Positions 1 to 9,022 of a stretch of DNA of 32,000 nucleotides are shown one piece after another (the stretch's first letter is position 1; every line of letters begins with the position of its first letter). Source of the stretch: an uncultured Clostridia bacterium (lineage in GTDB: Bacteria > Bacillota > Clostridia > Oscillospirales > Oscillospiraceae). The notes beneath the pieces were generated by a model, which saw only the letters and a program-made list of their open reading frames with translations, searched no databases and was not told the origin of the DNA. Both the position numbers and the translations under genes were made by a program. The stretch spans positions 10,640 to 42,639 of the forward strand of contig CAMJGL010000006.1 in the NCBI GenBank assembly GCA_946405205.1, given 5' to 3'.

Positions 1-1
1 G

Positions 2-3000
2 GCAGGCTATGAAATCAGGCAGCTTGCCAGAAGTATCCACAGTTTCTTTATAGACGCCCCGGAACTGTATCCACGGCCTTATCAGGCCAATGCTATTGCG
101 GACTATTGGGAGGGTGTTCAGGAAGTTGCCGGGCAGCTTACCGATCCGGCCCGTGTTGAGGAAATCTATCAAATGATGCTGCCGCTGTGGGAAGGAACCC
201 CGCAGGACGACCGGCATTATCAGAGCCGCAAAGCAGGGCTGGAAAATATGCAGGCATACCGGGCCGGCACTTACTCCGTGTTTAACCGGGCGCAGACGCT
301 CCGGCCTCTTTCCTCTGGCGCAGAAACAACGGTGGTGGAGCCGGAACTTCCAATGCTGGAATTGCCGGAGACACCTGCCGAAGAAAAGCAGTCCGATCCT
401 TACCATGATCTTGCCGCAGGGCTTTTGCGTTTCTATCAGGAATATGACCCTTATGACTACCGTGACAACATGGAGTTGGGAGAAACAGATGAGGACGCTC
501 TGGCAAGTCTGGAACAGCAACTCCATGATCCAGACCTGCGCAGAGGGATTCTCGACACGCTCCAGTCTTTCCTTGATGATACTGACCCGGAGGAAGAAAT
601 CGCCGCCGATCTGGAGCTGTTCATGGAGCAGCTTCAGGAGCTATCAGACCAAAATCGCTCCAATGCCGAATTGGAAGAAGCTAAGCAGCTTATCAACGAG
701 TATTGTCTGGAGGTGTTCGATCAGGAGGCGGATTTCTCCGACCTTAGCCATGTTGATCTGGCGTTCAGTTCTACTTCCGATAGTGAGCATACGGTGGAAA
801 TCTTTGCCGATCTTGATGCTTTCCGGCTGGTGTATCAGGTGGACGGAGAAACCGTCCATGAGATTGCCTGCGGAAGTTTGTCGGAGCTGAATGGCTACCT
901 GGCAAATCTCGATTTCGATGAGATGGTTGCCCATGCAGATGACCGGTATCAGCAGGAACACGCTGACCGGGGTGAATTGGCGGAGCAAGAGCCAGAGCCG
1001 AAAGAACCCGCCGAAAAAGAACAGCCCGCTGTCCTTGCCCCTCCGAAGCCGAAGCGGGAGCGTGTGGTGTTCACTACCCTGCACCCGGAGATACCCGCAG
1101 AGCAGCGCCGCAACTTCCGTATTACCGATCCAGAGCTGGGCCACGGCACCCGCAGCGAGAAATATGCTGCAAATGTGGCCGCTATACGAACTCTGAAACA
1201 GATTGAATCCGAGGAGTGCCTTGCTACCCCGGAAGAACAGGAAATCCTCTCCCGGTATGTGGGCTGGGGCGGTTTGGCTGACTGCTTTGATGAGCGCCAC
1301 GGCAAATATCTGGAGCTGAAATCACTGCTTGACGAGGACGAATATGCTGCCGCCAGAGCCAGTTCCCTTACCGCCTTTTATACCTCCCCGGTCATAATCG
1401 GGGCTATGTACCAGGCACTTTCACAGATGGGCTTCCGGCAGGGAAACATTCTGGAGCCGTCCTGCGGTGTTGGAAATTTCATCGGTATGCTGCCTGACAG
1501 CATGGCGGACAGCAAAGCCTACGGTGTGGAAATCGACTCCATCAGCGGGCGGATCGCACAGCAGCTCTATCAGAACAGCAGCATTGCCGTGAATGGCTTT
1601 GAAAAGGTGCAGATGCCCGACAGCTTCTTTGATGTGGCCATCGGCAATGTGCCGTTTGGCGACTTTAAGGTGCGGGATAAGAAATACGACAAAAACCACT
1701 GGCTGATTCACGATTATTTCTTTGGAAAGACGCTGGACAAGGTTCGTCCGGGCGGCGTGATCGCGTTCATCACCTCCAAGGGTACGATGGACAAAGAAAA
1801 CTCCGCTGTCCGCAAGTACCTGGCACAGCGGGCCGACCTGATCGGGGCGATCCGACTGCCCAACAATGCGTTTAAGGCTAACGCCGGAACCGAAGTCACC
1901 AGCGACATTATCTTCCTGCAAAAGCGTGACCGCATGACAGACATCGAGCCGGATTGGGTGCATCTGGACACCGATGAAAACGGCATCCGCATGAACCGCT
2001 ATTTTGTGCAGCACCCGGAAATGGTGCTGGGCGATATGGTCATGGAATCCACCCGGTTCGGCATGGACAGCACCTGCCGGGCCTACGAGGACGCAGATCT
2101 GTCGGAGTTGCTTACCGAAGCGGTACAGAACCTCCATGCGCAGATCACCGATTATGAGGTGGAGGAACTGGACGAGGAGGAAGATCGCTCTATCCCCGCA
2201 GACCCTGCGGTGCGTAATTTCAGTTTTTGCCTTGTGGACGGCAAGGTGTATTACCGGGAAAATTCCCGTATGCACCCGATAGAGGTATCCGTAACCGCTG
2301 AAAACCGTATCCGGGGCATGATCGCCATCCGGGAGTGTGTCCGCAGGCTGATCGAGTATCAGACTGAGGGCTATCCGGACGAGGATATTCAGAAAGGGCA
2401 GGCGGAGCTGAACCGTCTGTATGACGATTACACGAAAAAGTATGGCCTGCTTTCCAGCCGGGGCAACAGTCTTGCCTTTGGTGAGGACTCCAGCTATTGC
2501 CTGCTGTGTTCTCTGGAGGTGCTGGACGAGGAAGGCAACCTCAAACGCAAGGCTGATATGTTCACCAAGCGTACGATCCGCCCCCATGAAGCCGTTACCA
2601 GCGTGGACACCGCAAGCGAGGCCCTTGCCGTATCCATCTCCGAAAAAGCGCGGGTAGATATGGAATATATGACGGAGCTGTCCGGTAAAAGCGAGGAAGA
2701 ACTGGCCGCTGACCTGTCCGGTGTTATTTTCCGGGATATTCAGTGCGCCGAGGAAGCTGCCGCTATTCCCAAAGCCTTTGTGCAGGTGGAGCAATTCCCC
2801 TTTGTAGCCGCCGATGAATACCTCTCCGGCAATGTGCGCCGCAAGCTCCGAATGGCCAAGGCGCTCTACGAGGTATTACCGGCTGAAAAGAAACCTCTGA
2901 TCGCCAAAAACATTGAGGCGCTGGAAGCGGTGCAGCCGGTAGACCTGACCGCCGCTGAGATCGGCGTCCGTATCGGTGCCAACTGGATACCCATAGATGT

Positions 3001-5968
3001 CTACCAAAAATTCATGGTGGAGACTTTCGGCACAAGCTATTACGCAGGAAGCCGCATTAAAATCCTGCGCTCCGGTGCTACCGGTCAGTGGGCCATTACC
3101 GAAAAGAACGCTGACCGGGGCAATATCAAAACCCTGACCACCTACGGCACCAAGCGCATGAACGCCTATCAGATTCTGGAGCAGACCTTAAACCAGCGGG
3201 ATGTGCGTGTGTTTGATTATGTGGAGGACGAAAACGGCAACAAAAAGCCGGTTCTCAACAAAAAGGAAACTGCCATTGCTCAGGATCGGCAGGAGCTGAT
3301 CAAACAGAAATTCTCCGAATGGATCTGGAAGGACATTGACCGTAGAGAACAGCTGTGCCGCATCTACAACGAAACCTTTAACTCCATCCGGCCCCGTGAG
3401 TATGACGGCAGTCATATCCGCTTTTCAGGCATGAACCCAGAGATTACCCTGCGACCCCATCAGGTCAATGCCATCGCCCATATCATGTACGGTGGGAATA
3501 CCCTGCTTGCACATGAAGTAGGTGCAGGCAAGACCTTTGAAATGGTGGCAGCCGCCATGGAGATGAAACGGCTGGGACTTTGCACCAAATCTCTGATCGT
3601 GGTGCCGAACCATATCACAGAGCAGTGGGCGGCGGAATGGCTCCAGCTATACCCCTCCGCCAATATCCTTGTGGCGACCAAAAAGGACTTTGAAACCCAG
3701 AACCGCAAGAAATTCTGCGCCCGTATCGCCACCGGCGATTATGATGCCGTTATTATCGGTCACTCGCAGTTTGAGAAAATCCCCATGTCGGCAGAACGGC
3801 AGGTTGCCATCTTACAACAGCAGATCGACGAGATCATGGACGGTATTGAGGAAGCCAAATCCGCCAAAGCCGAGCGATATACGGTCAAGCAGTTGGAACG
3901 CACCCGAAAATCGCTGGAAGCGAAGCTGGAACGGCTCAACGACCAGAGCCGCAAGGACGACCTTGTGACCTTTGAGGAATTGGGTGTTGACCGGGTATTC
4001 GTGGACGAGAGTCATTATTTCAAGAACCTCTTTCTGGCGACCAAAATGCGGAATGTGGGCGGCATTGCCCAGACTGAAGCTCAAAAATCGTCTGATTTGT
4101 TCATGAAATGTCGGTATCTGGATGAGATCACCGGGGGCCGGGGCGTTATCTTTGCCACCGGCACACCCATCAGCAACAGTATGGTGGAGCTTTATACGAT
4201 CCAGCGGTATTTGCAGTATGATACCCTTCAGGAGATGGGCCTGATCCACTTTGACGATTGGGCCAGTGACTTTGGAGAAACCATCACCGCCATTGAGCTG
4301 TCGCCGGAGGGCAGCGGCTACCGGGTCAAAACACGATTTGCCAAGTTCTTCAATCTGCCCGAACTGATGGCCACTTTCAAGCAGGTGGCGGACATTCAGA
4401 CGGCGGATATGCTGAAACTGCCGGTGCCAAAGGCCAACTTCCACACGGAGGTCATTCAGCCGTCAGAGCTTCAGCAGGAAATGGTGCGGGGGCTTGCGGA
4501 ACGAGCCGAGGCTATCCGAGCCGGCGGCGTTGACCCCAGGGTGGACAATATGCTCCGAATCACCAACGACGGCAGAAAGCTGGCGCTGGATATGCGGCTC
4601 ATCAATCCGCTGGCCGCCGATGACCCCAACGGCAAGGTTGCCACCTGCGCCCGCAATGTCATCCGAATTTGGGAGCAGACCAAAGAGCAACGCAGCGCCC
4701 AGCTTGTGTTCTGCGACCTGTCTACGCCAAGCAAAACCACACCGATTGAAATGAAAAAGAATGGAGATGGTGTCTATGAAATGATACCGGATCAGTTTAC
4801 CGATGTTTACAACGACCTGAAAAAGAAACTTATGGAGGCCGGTATTCAGGAGGAGGAAATTGCCTTTATCCATGACGCCAACACCGAAGCACGGAAAAAG
4901 GAGCTGTTCTCAAAAGTGCGCTCCGGTCAGGTGCGTGTTCTCATGGGCAGCACCCAAAAGATGGGCGCAGGCACCAATGTCCAGTATCGGCTCATTGCCC
5001 TCCATGACTTGGACTGTCCTTGGCGTCCTTCCGACCTTGCCCAGAGGTTGGGCCGTATTGTGCGGCAGGGCAACAGAAATGCTGAGGTTGAGATCTTTCG
5101 GTATGTCACGGAGGGAACTTTTGACGCATACCTCTACCAGTTAGTAGAGAACAAGCAGAAATTCATTGCGCAGATTATGACCTCCAAAGCGCCGGTGCGT
5201 GTGGCAGACGATGTGGACGAAACAGCCCTCAGTTACTCTGAGATCAAAGCCCTGGCCACCGGCAATCCGCTTATCATCGAAAAGTGCAATCTGGATATGG
5301 AGGTGAGCAAGCTCAATATGCTCAAAGCCAGCTACCTGAGCCAGAAGTATTCTCTGGAGGACATGGTTTTGAAAAAATATCCGGAAGCCATTACACGTCT
5401 GACGGAACGAATTGCAGGCTATGAGCAGGATGTGCAGCTTGCCGCAGCCCATCCCAAACTCCAGGAGGGATTTGTGGGTATTACGATTCTGGATCAGCCC
5501 TATGCCGACAAGGAGGCGGCTGGCAAGGCAATCCTTGATGTATGTACCAAAATGACAGGCTCCGATGCTGTTTTCTTAGGCCAGTACCGGGGCTTTTCTC
5601 TTGTCCTTTCCTATGATGGGCCGAGCAACGAGTACCGCATGACCATGAAAGGCACGCTTTCCCATACGGCAGTCCTGGGCGCGGATGTGTTCGGCAATCT
5701 GACCCGTATGGACAATGTGATTGATGGACTATCCGGCAAGTTGGAGGCGGTTCGTGTAGAGCTGGCAGACACCCAGGTGCAGCTTGAAAACGCCCGCACC
5801 GAGTTGGCAGCACCCTTTGCCAGAGAAGCAGAACTGGCTGAAAAGACAGCACGATTAAAGGAATTGAATATCCTGCTGAACATGGATGAGAAAGACAACT
5901 CCCTGATTGATGATGTACCAGACGAGGATACGCCGGAGAAATCAAAAGCGCGGGATTATGTGCGATAA
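2..5968 (+). CDS. Giant polyvalent protein (5'-truncated by the window): N6-adenine DNA methyltransferase domain fused to an SNF2-family helicase
   Basis: The frame beginning at nt 2 has no stop before the track's first Met at 173, so the ORF continues upstream of the window. MTase motif I LEPSCGVGNFIG is at nt 1451-1486 and the motif IV variant NVPF at nt 1646-1657. Helicase motif I GAGKT is at nt 3521-3535, motif II DESH at nt 4004-4015 and motif VI QRLGRIVRQGN at nt 5042-5074. The stop is TAA at 5966-5968. Confidence 0.9.
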   Translation, partial: AGYEIRQLARSIHSFFIDAPELYPRPYQANAIADYWEGVQEVAGQLTDPARVEEIYQMMLPLWEGTPQDDRHYQSRKAGLENMQAYRAGTYSVFNRAQTLRPLSSGAETTVVEPELPMLELPETPAEEKQSDPYHDLAAGLLRFYQEYDPYDYRDNMELGETDEDALASLEQQLHDPDLRRGILDTLQSFLDDTDPEEEIAADLELFMEQLQELSDQNRSNAELEEAKQLINEYCLEVFDQEADFSDLSHVDLAFSSTSDSEHTVEIFADLDAFRLVYQVDGETVHEIACGSLSELNGYLANLDFDEMVAHADDRYQQEHADRGELAEQEPEPKEPAEKEQPAVLAPPKPKRERVVFTTLHPEIPAEQRRNFRITDPELGHGTRSEKYAANVAAIRTLKQIESEECLATPEEQEILSRYVGWGGLADCFDERHGKYLELKSLLDEDEYAAARASSLTAFYTSPVIIGAMYQALSQMGFRQGNILEPSCGVGNFIGMLPDSMADSKAYGVEIDSISGRIAQQLYQNSSIAVNGFEKVQMPDSFFDVAIGNVPFGDFKVRDKKYDKNHWLIHDYFFGKTLDKVRPGGVIAFITSKGTMDKENSAVRKYLAQRADLIGAIRLPNNAFKANAGTEVTSDIIFLQKRDRMTDIEPDWVHLDTDENGIRMNRYFVQHPEMVLGDMVMESTRFGMDSTCRAYEDADLSELLTEAVQNLHAQITDYEVEELDEEEDRSIPADPAVRNFSFCLVDGKVYYRENSRMHPIEVSVTAENRIRGMIAIRECVRRLIEYQTEGYPDEDIQKGQAELNRLYDDYTKKYGLLSSRGNSLAFGEDSSYCLLCSLEVLDEEGNLKRKADMFTKRTIRPHEAVTSVDTASEALAVSISEKARVDMEYMTELSGKSEEELAADLSGVIFRDIQCAEEAAAIPKAFVQVEQFPFVAADEYLSGNVRRKLRMAKALYEVLPAEKKPLIAKNIEALEAVQPVDLTAAEIGVRIGANWIPIDVYQKFMVETFGTSYYAGSRIKILRSGATGQWAITEKNADRGNIKTLTTYGTKRMNAYQILEQTLNQRDVRVFDYVEDENGNKKPVLNKKETAIAQDRQELIKQKFSEWIWKDIDRREQLCRIYNETFNSIRPREYDGSHIRFSGMNPEITLRPHQVNAIAHIMYGGNTLLAHEVGAGKTFEMVAAAMEMKRLGLCTKSLIVVPNHITEQWAAEWLQLYPSANILVATKKDFETQNRKKFCARIATGDYDAVIIGHSQFEKIPMSAERQVAILQQQIDEIMDGIEEAKSAKAERYTVKQLERTRKSLEAKLERLNDQSRKDDLVTFEELGVDRVFVDESHYFKNLFLATKMRNVGGIAQTEAQKSSDLFMKCRYLDEITGGRGVIFATGTPISNSMVELYTIQRYLQYDTLQEMGLIHFDDWASDFGETITAIELSPEGSGYRVKTRFAKFFNLPELMATFKQVADIQTADMLKLPVPKANFHTEVIQPSELQQEMVRGLAERAEAIRAGGVDPRVDNMLRITNDGRKLALDMRLINPLAADDPNGKVATCARNVIRIWEQTKEQRSAQLVFCDLSTPSKTTPIEMKKNGDGVYEMIPDQFTDVYNDLKKKLMEAGIQEEEIAFIHDANTEARKKELFSKVRSGQVRVLMGSTQKMGAGTNVQYRLIALHDLDCPWRPSDLAQRLGRIVRQGNRNAEVEIFRYVTEGTFDAYLYQLVENKQKFIAQIMTSKAPVRVADDVDETALSYSEIKALATGNPLIIEKCNLDMEVSKLNMLKASYLSQKYSLEDMVLKKYPEAITRLTERIAGYEQDVQLAAAHPKLQEGFVGITILDQPYADKEAAGKAILDVCTKMTGSDAVFLGQYRGFSLVLSYDGPSNEYRMTMKGTLSHTAVLGADVFGNLTRMDNVIDGLSGKLEAVRVELADTQVQLENARTELAAPFAREAELAEKTARLKELNILLNMDEKDNSLIDDVPDEDTPEKSKARDYVR

Positions 5969-5974
5969 CTCACA

Positions 5975-6004
5975 GCGGCACGGAAAAATCCCGTGCCGCA
6001 TTTA
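5975..6004 (+). terminator. Hairpin terminator after the giant ORF
   Basis: Perfect 9-bp stem GCGGCACGG (5975-5983) / CCGTGCCGC (5991-5999) with a 7-nt loop, followed by ATTTACAT (a weak U-tract). Confidence 0.5.
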
Positions 6005-6186
6005 CATACCGAGATTTCTAAATATAGAAATTGTTACAGTCTAGGAATAATAAAAGCTTAACTGCTTAATCTCCACATAATCCCCACATTACTCTGATAT
6101 AGTAAAACGAATAATATTCTATTAGGTTTTATACAAAAATATTCCAGTATGAGAGGTGATACTATTTTATGGAGAGGCGAATATTT

Positions 6187-6396
6187 ATGATTCAGGGATT
6201 GAACAGTAAAGATTCTGCAGATAGGATATGTGAGGAACTAAAGAAGATTGTAGGAATACATAAAATAGAAATTTGTTTTGAGACGGAACAAATGATTATT
6301 GAAGCAGATAGCTTATCTATGCCGAGGATAATAAATGCGGTTATTACCATCACACATATTTTAGATTATAGAGTTACGATTATAGAGGTAGATTAA
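6187..6396 (+). CDS. Small HMA-fold-like protein lacking the CxxC metal site
   Basis: The track ORF starts at 6169, but GGAGAGG lies 8 nt upstream of the ATG at 6187. The sequence MIQGLNSKDSADRICEELKKIVGIHKIEICFETEQMIIEA aligns by eye to the HMA pattern (x-GL-DCANCA-xxIE-xxLxKLxGVxxxxVNFxTxKLxIE). SKDS replaces the CxxC cysteines. Confidence 0.5.
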   Translation: MIQGLNSKDSADRICEELKKIVGIHKIEICFETEQMIIEADSLSMPRIINAVITITHILDYRVTIIEVD

Positions 6397-6492
6397 TATG
6401 GGAACAGGGTAGATAAATTGAGAAATGCAATAATTAGAGGAATGGGGAATGGTTATTTACAAAAGCAATTGGTAAACGACACGGTGGAAATT

Positions 6493-7998
6493 ATGAGCAG
6501 AAAACAGGGACATGAGAACCTTATTTTTAATTACTTTGATCAAAAGAATAGAAAACAAGGCAAAGTAATGAAAAGGAAACGCAGAAAAATAAAGTTAATA
6601 CTATTATTGTTGAATTGTATTTTATGTATGATACTTTTTGGAATTGTACTGGTTATTTATGTAAAAAAGGTGGATGAGGGAACGCTGGGATGTGGAATAT
6701 CCGTATATGGATTGGATATTTCGCAATGCACTCCGGAACAGGCAGTAAAAGAGATTGAAGAGACATTCCGAAATAAAGAAGTTGTTTTCCAAGAAAACGG
6801 GCAAAACGTATTCGAGACAACAGTGGGAAATATGGGCTATGTACTGGATCAGTCTTTATTGATGAAAGAACTTTTGATAATAAAAAAGCAAAGAGACCAA
6901 AATCGCGGTATGTTTGAGAAAAGAAAGGATTATTCGATAGAGTATGAAATTAAAATGGAAGATAAAATGGAAGAAGTTTTGAATATCGAGGATTTCAATT
7001 TAGGGGAACGAATAGAATCATCAGATGCTTATATTGATTATGACGAACAGAAAGAATCTTTTATTTTAGTGGATGAAATACAAGGTAATCAGATTGACAA
7101 AAAGAAGTTGGTTGAGAAGGTGTATAATACTTTGGCAGAGGACTTTCAGGAACAGCTGCTATCCAGTCGTGTGGAAATAGAAATAAATCGTCAGGTATAT
7201 CAGACAGCGGTATCATCAGAAGTAAGTGAGCTAAATAGAAAATTAGAAGAATTAAACAGACAACTTTTACAATACAGGACAACAACAGTTACTTATATAT
7301 TTGGAGATACTGTCGAAGTTTTGGACAATGAAAGAATTTCTTCATGGCTAATTGTCAGTGGTGACAGCATCAGCATTAATGAGGAAGAAGTAATAGCTTT
7401 TGTTAAAGATTTGTCTTCAAAGTATAACACAATGTATGTGCCTCGTTCTTTTAGGACTTCTTTGGGCGAAGAAGTGACTATCAGTGGAAATGAATATGGA
7501 TACAGGATTGACAAGGATGCGGAATTGCAGAAGCTGTTAGAAGATATAAAGAGTGGTGATGATGTAAGACGAGAACCAGTTTACAGTAAACAGGGTTTGG
7601 AAAGAAACGGAAAGGATGATCTTCTGGGAAGTTACATAGAAGTCAGTTTAGACAAACAATATTTATGGCTTTATAAAAATGGGAAGCTTGTTACAAAAAC
7701 AGATATTATCAGTGGACTTCCTAACGAGGAATTTCAGACGTATCGGGGAGCATGGCCGATTGCATATAAAGCAAGTCCATTTACACTAAGCAGTGATGTT
7801 TATGGATATGAGATAGAAGTGGAATATTGGATGCCATTTGTGTATGGACAGGGACTCCATGATGCGGACTGGCAGGATGTATTTGGTGGCGAGTTATATA
7901 AGACAAAGGGAAGTCATGGTTGCATCAATCTTCCTAAAGAACAGGCAAAAATTATTTATGATACGATTGAGGCAGGTTATCCGATTATAATTTATTAA
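6493..7998 (+). CDS. Membrane-anchored L,D-transpeptidase (YkuD catalytic domain, Ldt(fm)-like architecture)
   Basis: The C-terminal signature GSHGCINLP has its Cys codon at 7921-7923, preceded by YIEVSLDKQYLWLYKNGKLV, a typical YkuD start. There is an N-terminal basic stretch plus a TM helix (KRKRRKIKLILLLLNCILCMILFGIVLVIYV) and a long middle region resembling peptidoglycan-binding repeats. The start is uncertain: TTG 6418 (track), ATG 6493 (GGTGGA Shine-Dalgarno (SD) sequence, preferred) or ATG 6568. Confidence 0.9.
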   Translation: MSRKQGHENLIFNYFDQKNRKQGKVMKRKRRKIKLILLLLNCILCMILFGIVLVIYVKKVDEGTLGCGISVYGLDISQCTPEQAVKEIEETFRNKEVVFQENGQNVFETTVGNMGYVLDQSLLMKELLIIKKQRDQNRGMFEKRKDYSIEYEIKMEDKMEEVLNIEDFNLGERIESSDAYIDYDEQKESFILVDEIQGNQIDKKKLVEKVYNTLAEDFQEQLLSSRVEIEINRQVYQTAVSSEVSELNRKLEELNRQLLQYRTTTVTYIFGDTVEVLDNERISSWLIVSGDSISINEEEVIAFVKDLSSKYNTMYVPRSFRTSLGEEVTISGNEYGYRIDKDAELQKLLEDIKSGDDVRREPVYSKQGLERNGKDDLLGSYIEVSLDKQYLWLYKNGKLVTKTDIISGLPNEEFQTYRGAWPIAYKASPFTLSSDVYGYEIEVEYWMPFVYGQGLHDADWQDVFGGELYKTKGSHGCINLPKEQAKIIYDTIEAGYPIIIY

Positions 7999-8052
7999 AG
8001 TGGACGTAAAAGGTTTGATGGATTAACGGTCAAGATGTGAAAGGAGTTTCAG

Positions 8053-8385
8053 ATGAAAGCTATACAGAAAAGAAAGCAGGTAAAGCCAGCGATGGAATTT
8101 GCGACAGATATTAATATTATATTGGAGTGTCTGTATGAAGTGTATGGACAGGAAGCACATCATGTACTTAAAGGTAGGGATATTCAAAAAACGATGGTTT
8201 TTCCTTTCCTGAAGATGTTAGTGAATCAGTGCGATGGAATTTCTGTAAGAGAGATGCATAAAAAGCTATGGGAAATCTACATAGCGGAACAAACAAAGGA
8301 AACGTTTATCAGTAATGCAGAGTCTCTTTTAGAATCGTTGAAACGTGATGAGGAAAATGGCGATCATATCGTTTGTTGTGAATGA
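8053..8385 (+). CDS. Hypothetical 110-aa protein (no recognisable family)
   Basis: A good SD (AAAGGAG) sits 7 nt upstream of the ATG. It shares the low-GC cassette with the Ldt and is followed by its own terminator. Confidence 0.65.
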   Translation: MKAIQKRKQVKPAMEFATDINIILECLYEVYGQEAHHVLKGRDIQKTMVFPFLKMLVNQCDGISVREMHKKLWEIYIAEQTKETFISNAESLLESLKRDEENGDHIVCCE

Positions 8386-8440
8386 ATTTGAAATGAAAAA
8401 GAAATGGTTACTCTATCATAAGGATAAGAATAATGACATA

Positions 8441-8476
8441 GCCGAGAGATTTTTTGTGAAGATCTCCCGGCCTTTT
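8441..8476 (+). terminator. Rho-independent terminator for the 8053-8385 gene
   Basis: Stem GCCGAGAGAT (8441-8450) / ATCTCCCGGC (8462-8471), 9 of 10 positions paired, followed by C-TTTT. Confidence 0.55.
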
Positions 8477-8484
8477 CATAGCCA

Positions 8485-8528
8485 TAAATAAAAAGACAGG
8501 AACAGGTCTTTTGCAGACTTGTTCCTGT
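8485..8528 (-). terminator. Rho-independent terminator for the minus-strand XRE gene
   Basis: A 14-bp stem ACAGGAACAGGTCT (8496-8509) / AGACTTGTTCCTGT (8515-8528) with one G-U pair and loop TTTGC. On the minus strand it is followed by CTTTTTATTTAT. Confidence 0.7.
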
Positions 8529-8544
8529 TACCAGATTAGAAGTA

Positions 8545-8898
8545 CTATTGTTTACGAAGATGCGCATCCCTGCGGAGCGTTTCTTTCAGCGCCTGCGCCA
8601 TGTCCTTGACCATGCGGATTTCATATTCATCGCAGTCGGCAAGGATTCCGGCTATGTCCTTTTCAAATTGGACTTTGGATTTTACCACGCTATCACAAAG
8701 GAGGTCATCAACCGTAACGGACAGAGCATTTGCAAGGCTTACAATCGCGGTCAGACTGACGCGTGTGGTGCCAGTTTCGATGTTGCTCATGTGTGTCGGA
8801 GAAATCTCAACCATTTCGGCTAAACGCTCTTGCGTGAGGTCGGCTTTGATCCGTGCGATTTTAATCCGCTTGCCGATTGCCTTGTAATCAAGCTCCAT
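8545..8898 (-). CDS. XRE-family helix-turn-helix transcriptional regulator
   Basis: Cro/C1-type HTH: LTQERLAEMVEISPTHMSNIETGTTRVSLTAIVSLANALSVTVDDLL. The start was moved to the Met of MELDYKAIG (complement of 8896-8898), which is preceded by GGGAGGGAAAG. The track start at 8946 has no SD. Confidence 0.85.
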   Translation of the reverse strand: MELDYKAIGKRIKIARIKADLTQERLAEMVEISPTHMSNIETGTTRVSLTAIVSLANALSVTVDDLLCDSVVKSKVQFEKDIAGILADCDEYEIRMVKDMAQALKETLRRDAHLRKQ

Positions 8899-8913
8899 AC
8901 TTTCCCTCCCTTG

Positions 8914-8933
8914 TTTCAGAAATTTATCTGAAA
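8914..8933. promoter_or_regulatory. Inverted repeat (possible operator) in the XRE / SLOG divergent region
   Basis: TTTCAGA-AATTTA-TCTGAAA, with perfect 7-bp arms. A second imperfect IR, CTATAGCCGT-gttct-ACGGATATAG, lies at 8969-8993. Confidence 0.3.
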
Positions 8934-8936
8934 ATA

Positions 8937-8965
8937 TTGTAACCACGGAGAGAGCGTATTATAAT
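8937..8965 (+). promoter_or_regulatory. Sigma-70-like promoter driving the SLOG-like gene
   Basis: -35 TTGTAA (8937-8942), a 17-nt spacer, and -10 TATAAT (8960-8965). Confidence 0.4.
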
Positions 8966-9022
8966 AATCTATAGCCGTGTTCTACGGATATAGTTTAGAA
9001 TTGTGAAAAAAGGAAGCTTTCT

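Noticed and set aside
1421-2794. A long antisense ORF (457 aa). Similar cases occur at 11908-12726, 13189-13914, 15864-17027, 21701-23068 and 24167-25141, all on the minus strand.
   Set aside because: All lie entirely inside + strand genes that carry unmistakable catalytic motifs. They have no SD sequences and have low-complexity, Arg/Gly/His-rich compositions typical of shadow ORFs in GC-rich coding DNA.
6169-6189. The identical peptide MERRIFM at the start of two unrelated track ORFs (6169 and 11941), which could suggest a shared leader peptide or repeat.
   Set aside because: In both cases this peptide is simply the translation of a Shine-Dalgarno region (GGAGAGG or GGAAAGGAGGA plus spacer) that precedes the real ATG (6187 and 11965). 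It is a coincidence of ribosome-binding-site sequence, not a conserved peptide.
6418-6492. Upstream extensions of track ORFs that use TTG, GTG or distant ATG starts (6418, 8946, 9926, 12824, 13754, 17122, 23101, 24137, 26489, 29144 and 29328).
   Set aside because: Each has a downstream ATG (GTG for araC) with a clear SD at proper spacing. That start usually lies just after the stop of the preceding gene. The extensions overlap upstream genes or intergenic terminators.
8364-8567. A 67-aa minus-strand ORF between the orphan gene and the XRE gene.
   Set aside because: It runs straight through two terminator hairpins, one for each of the convergent genes, and has no SD.
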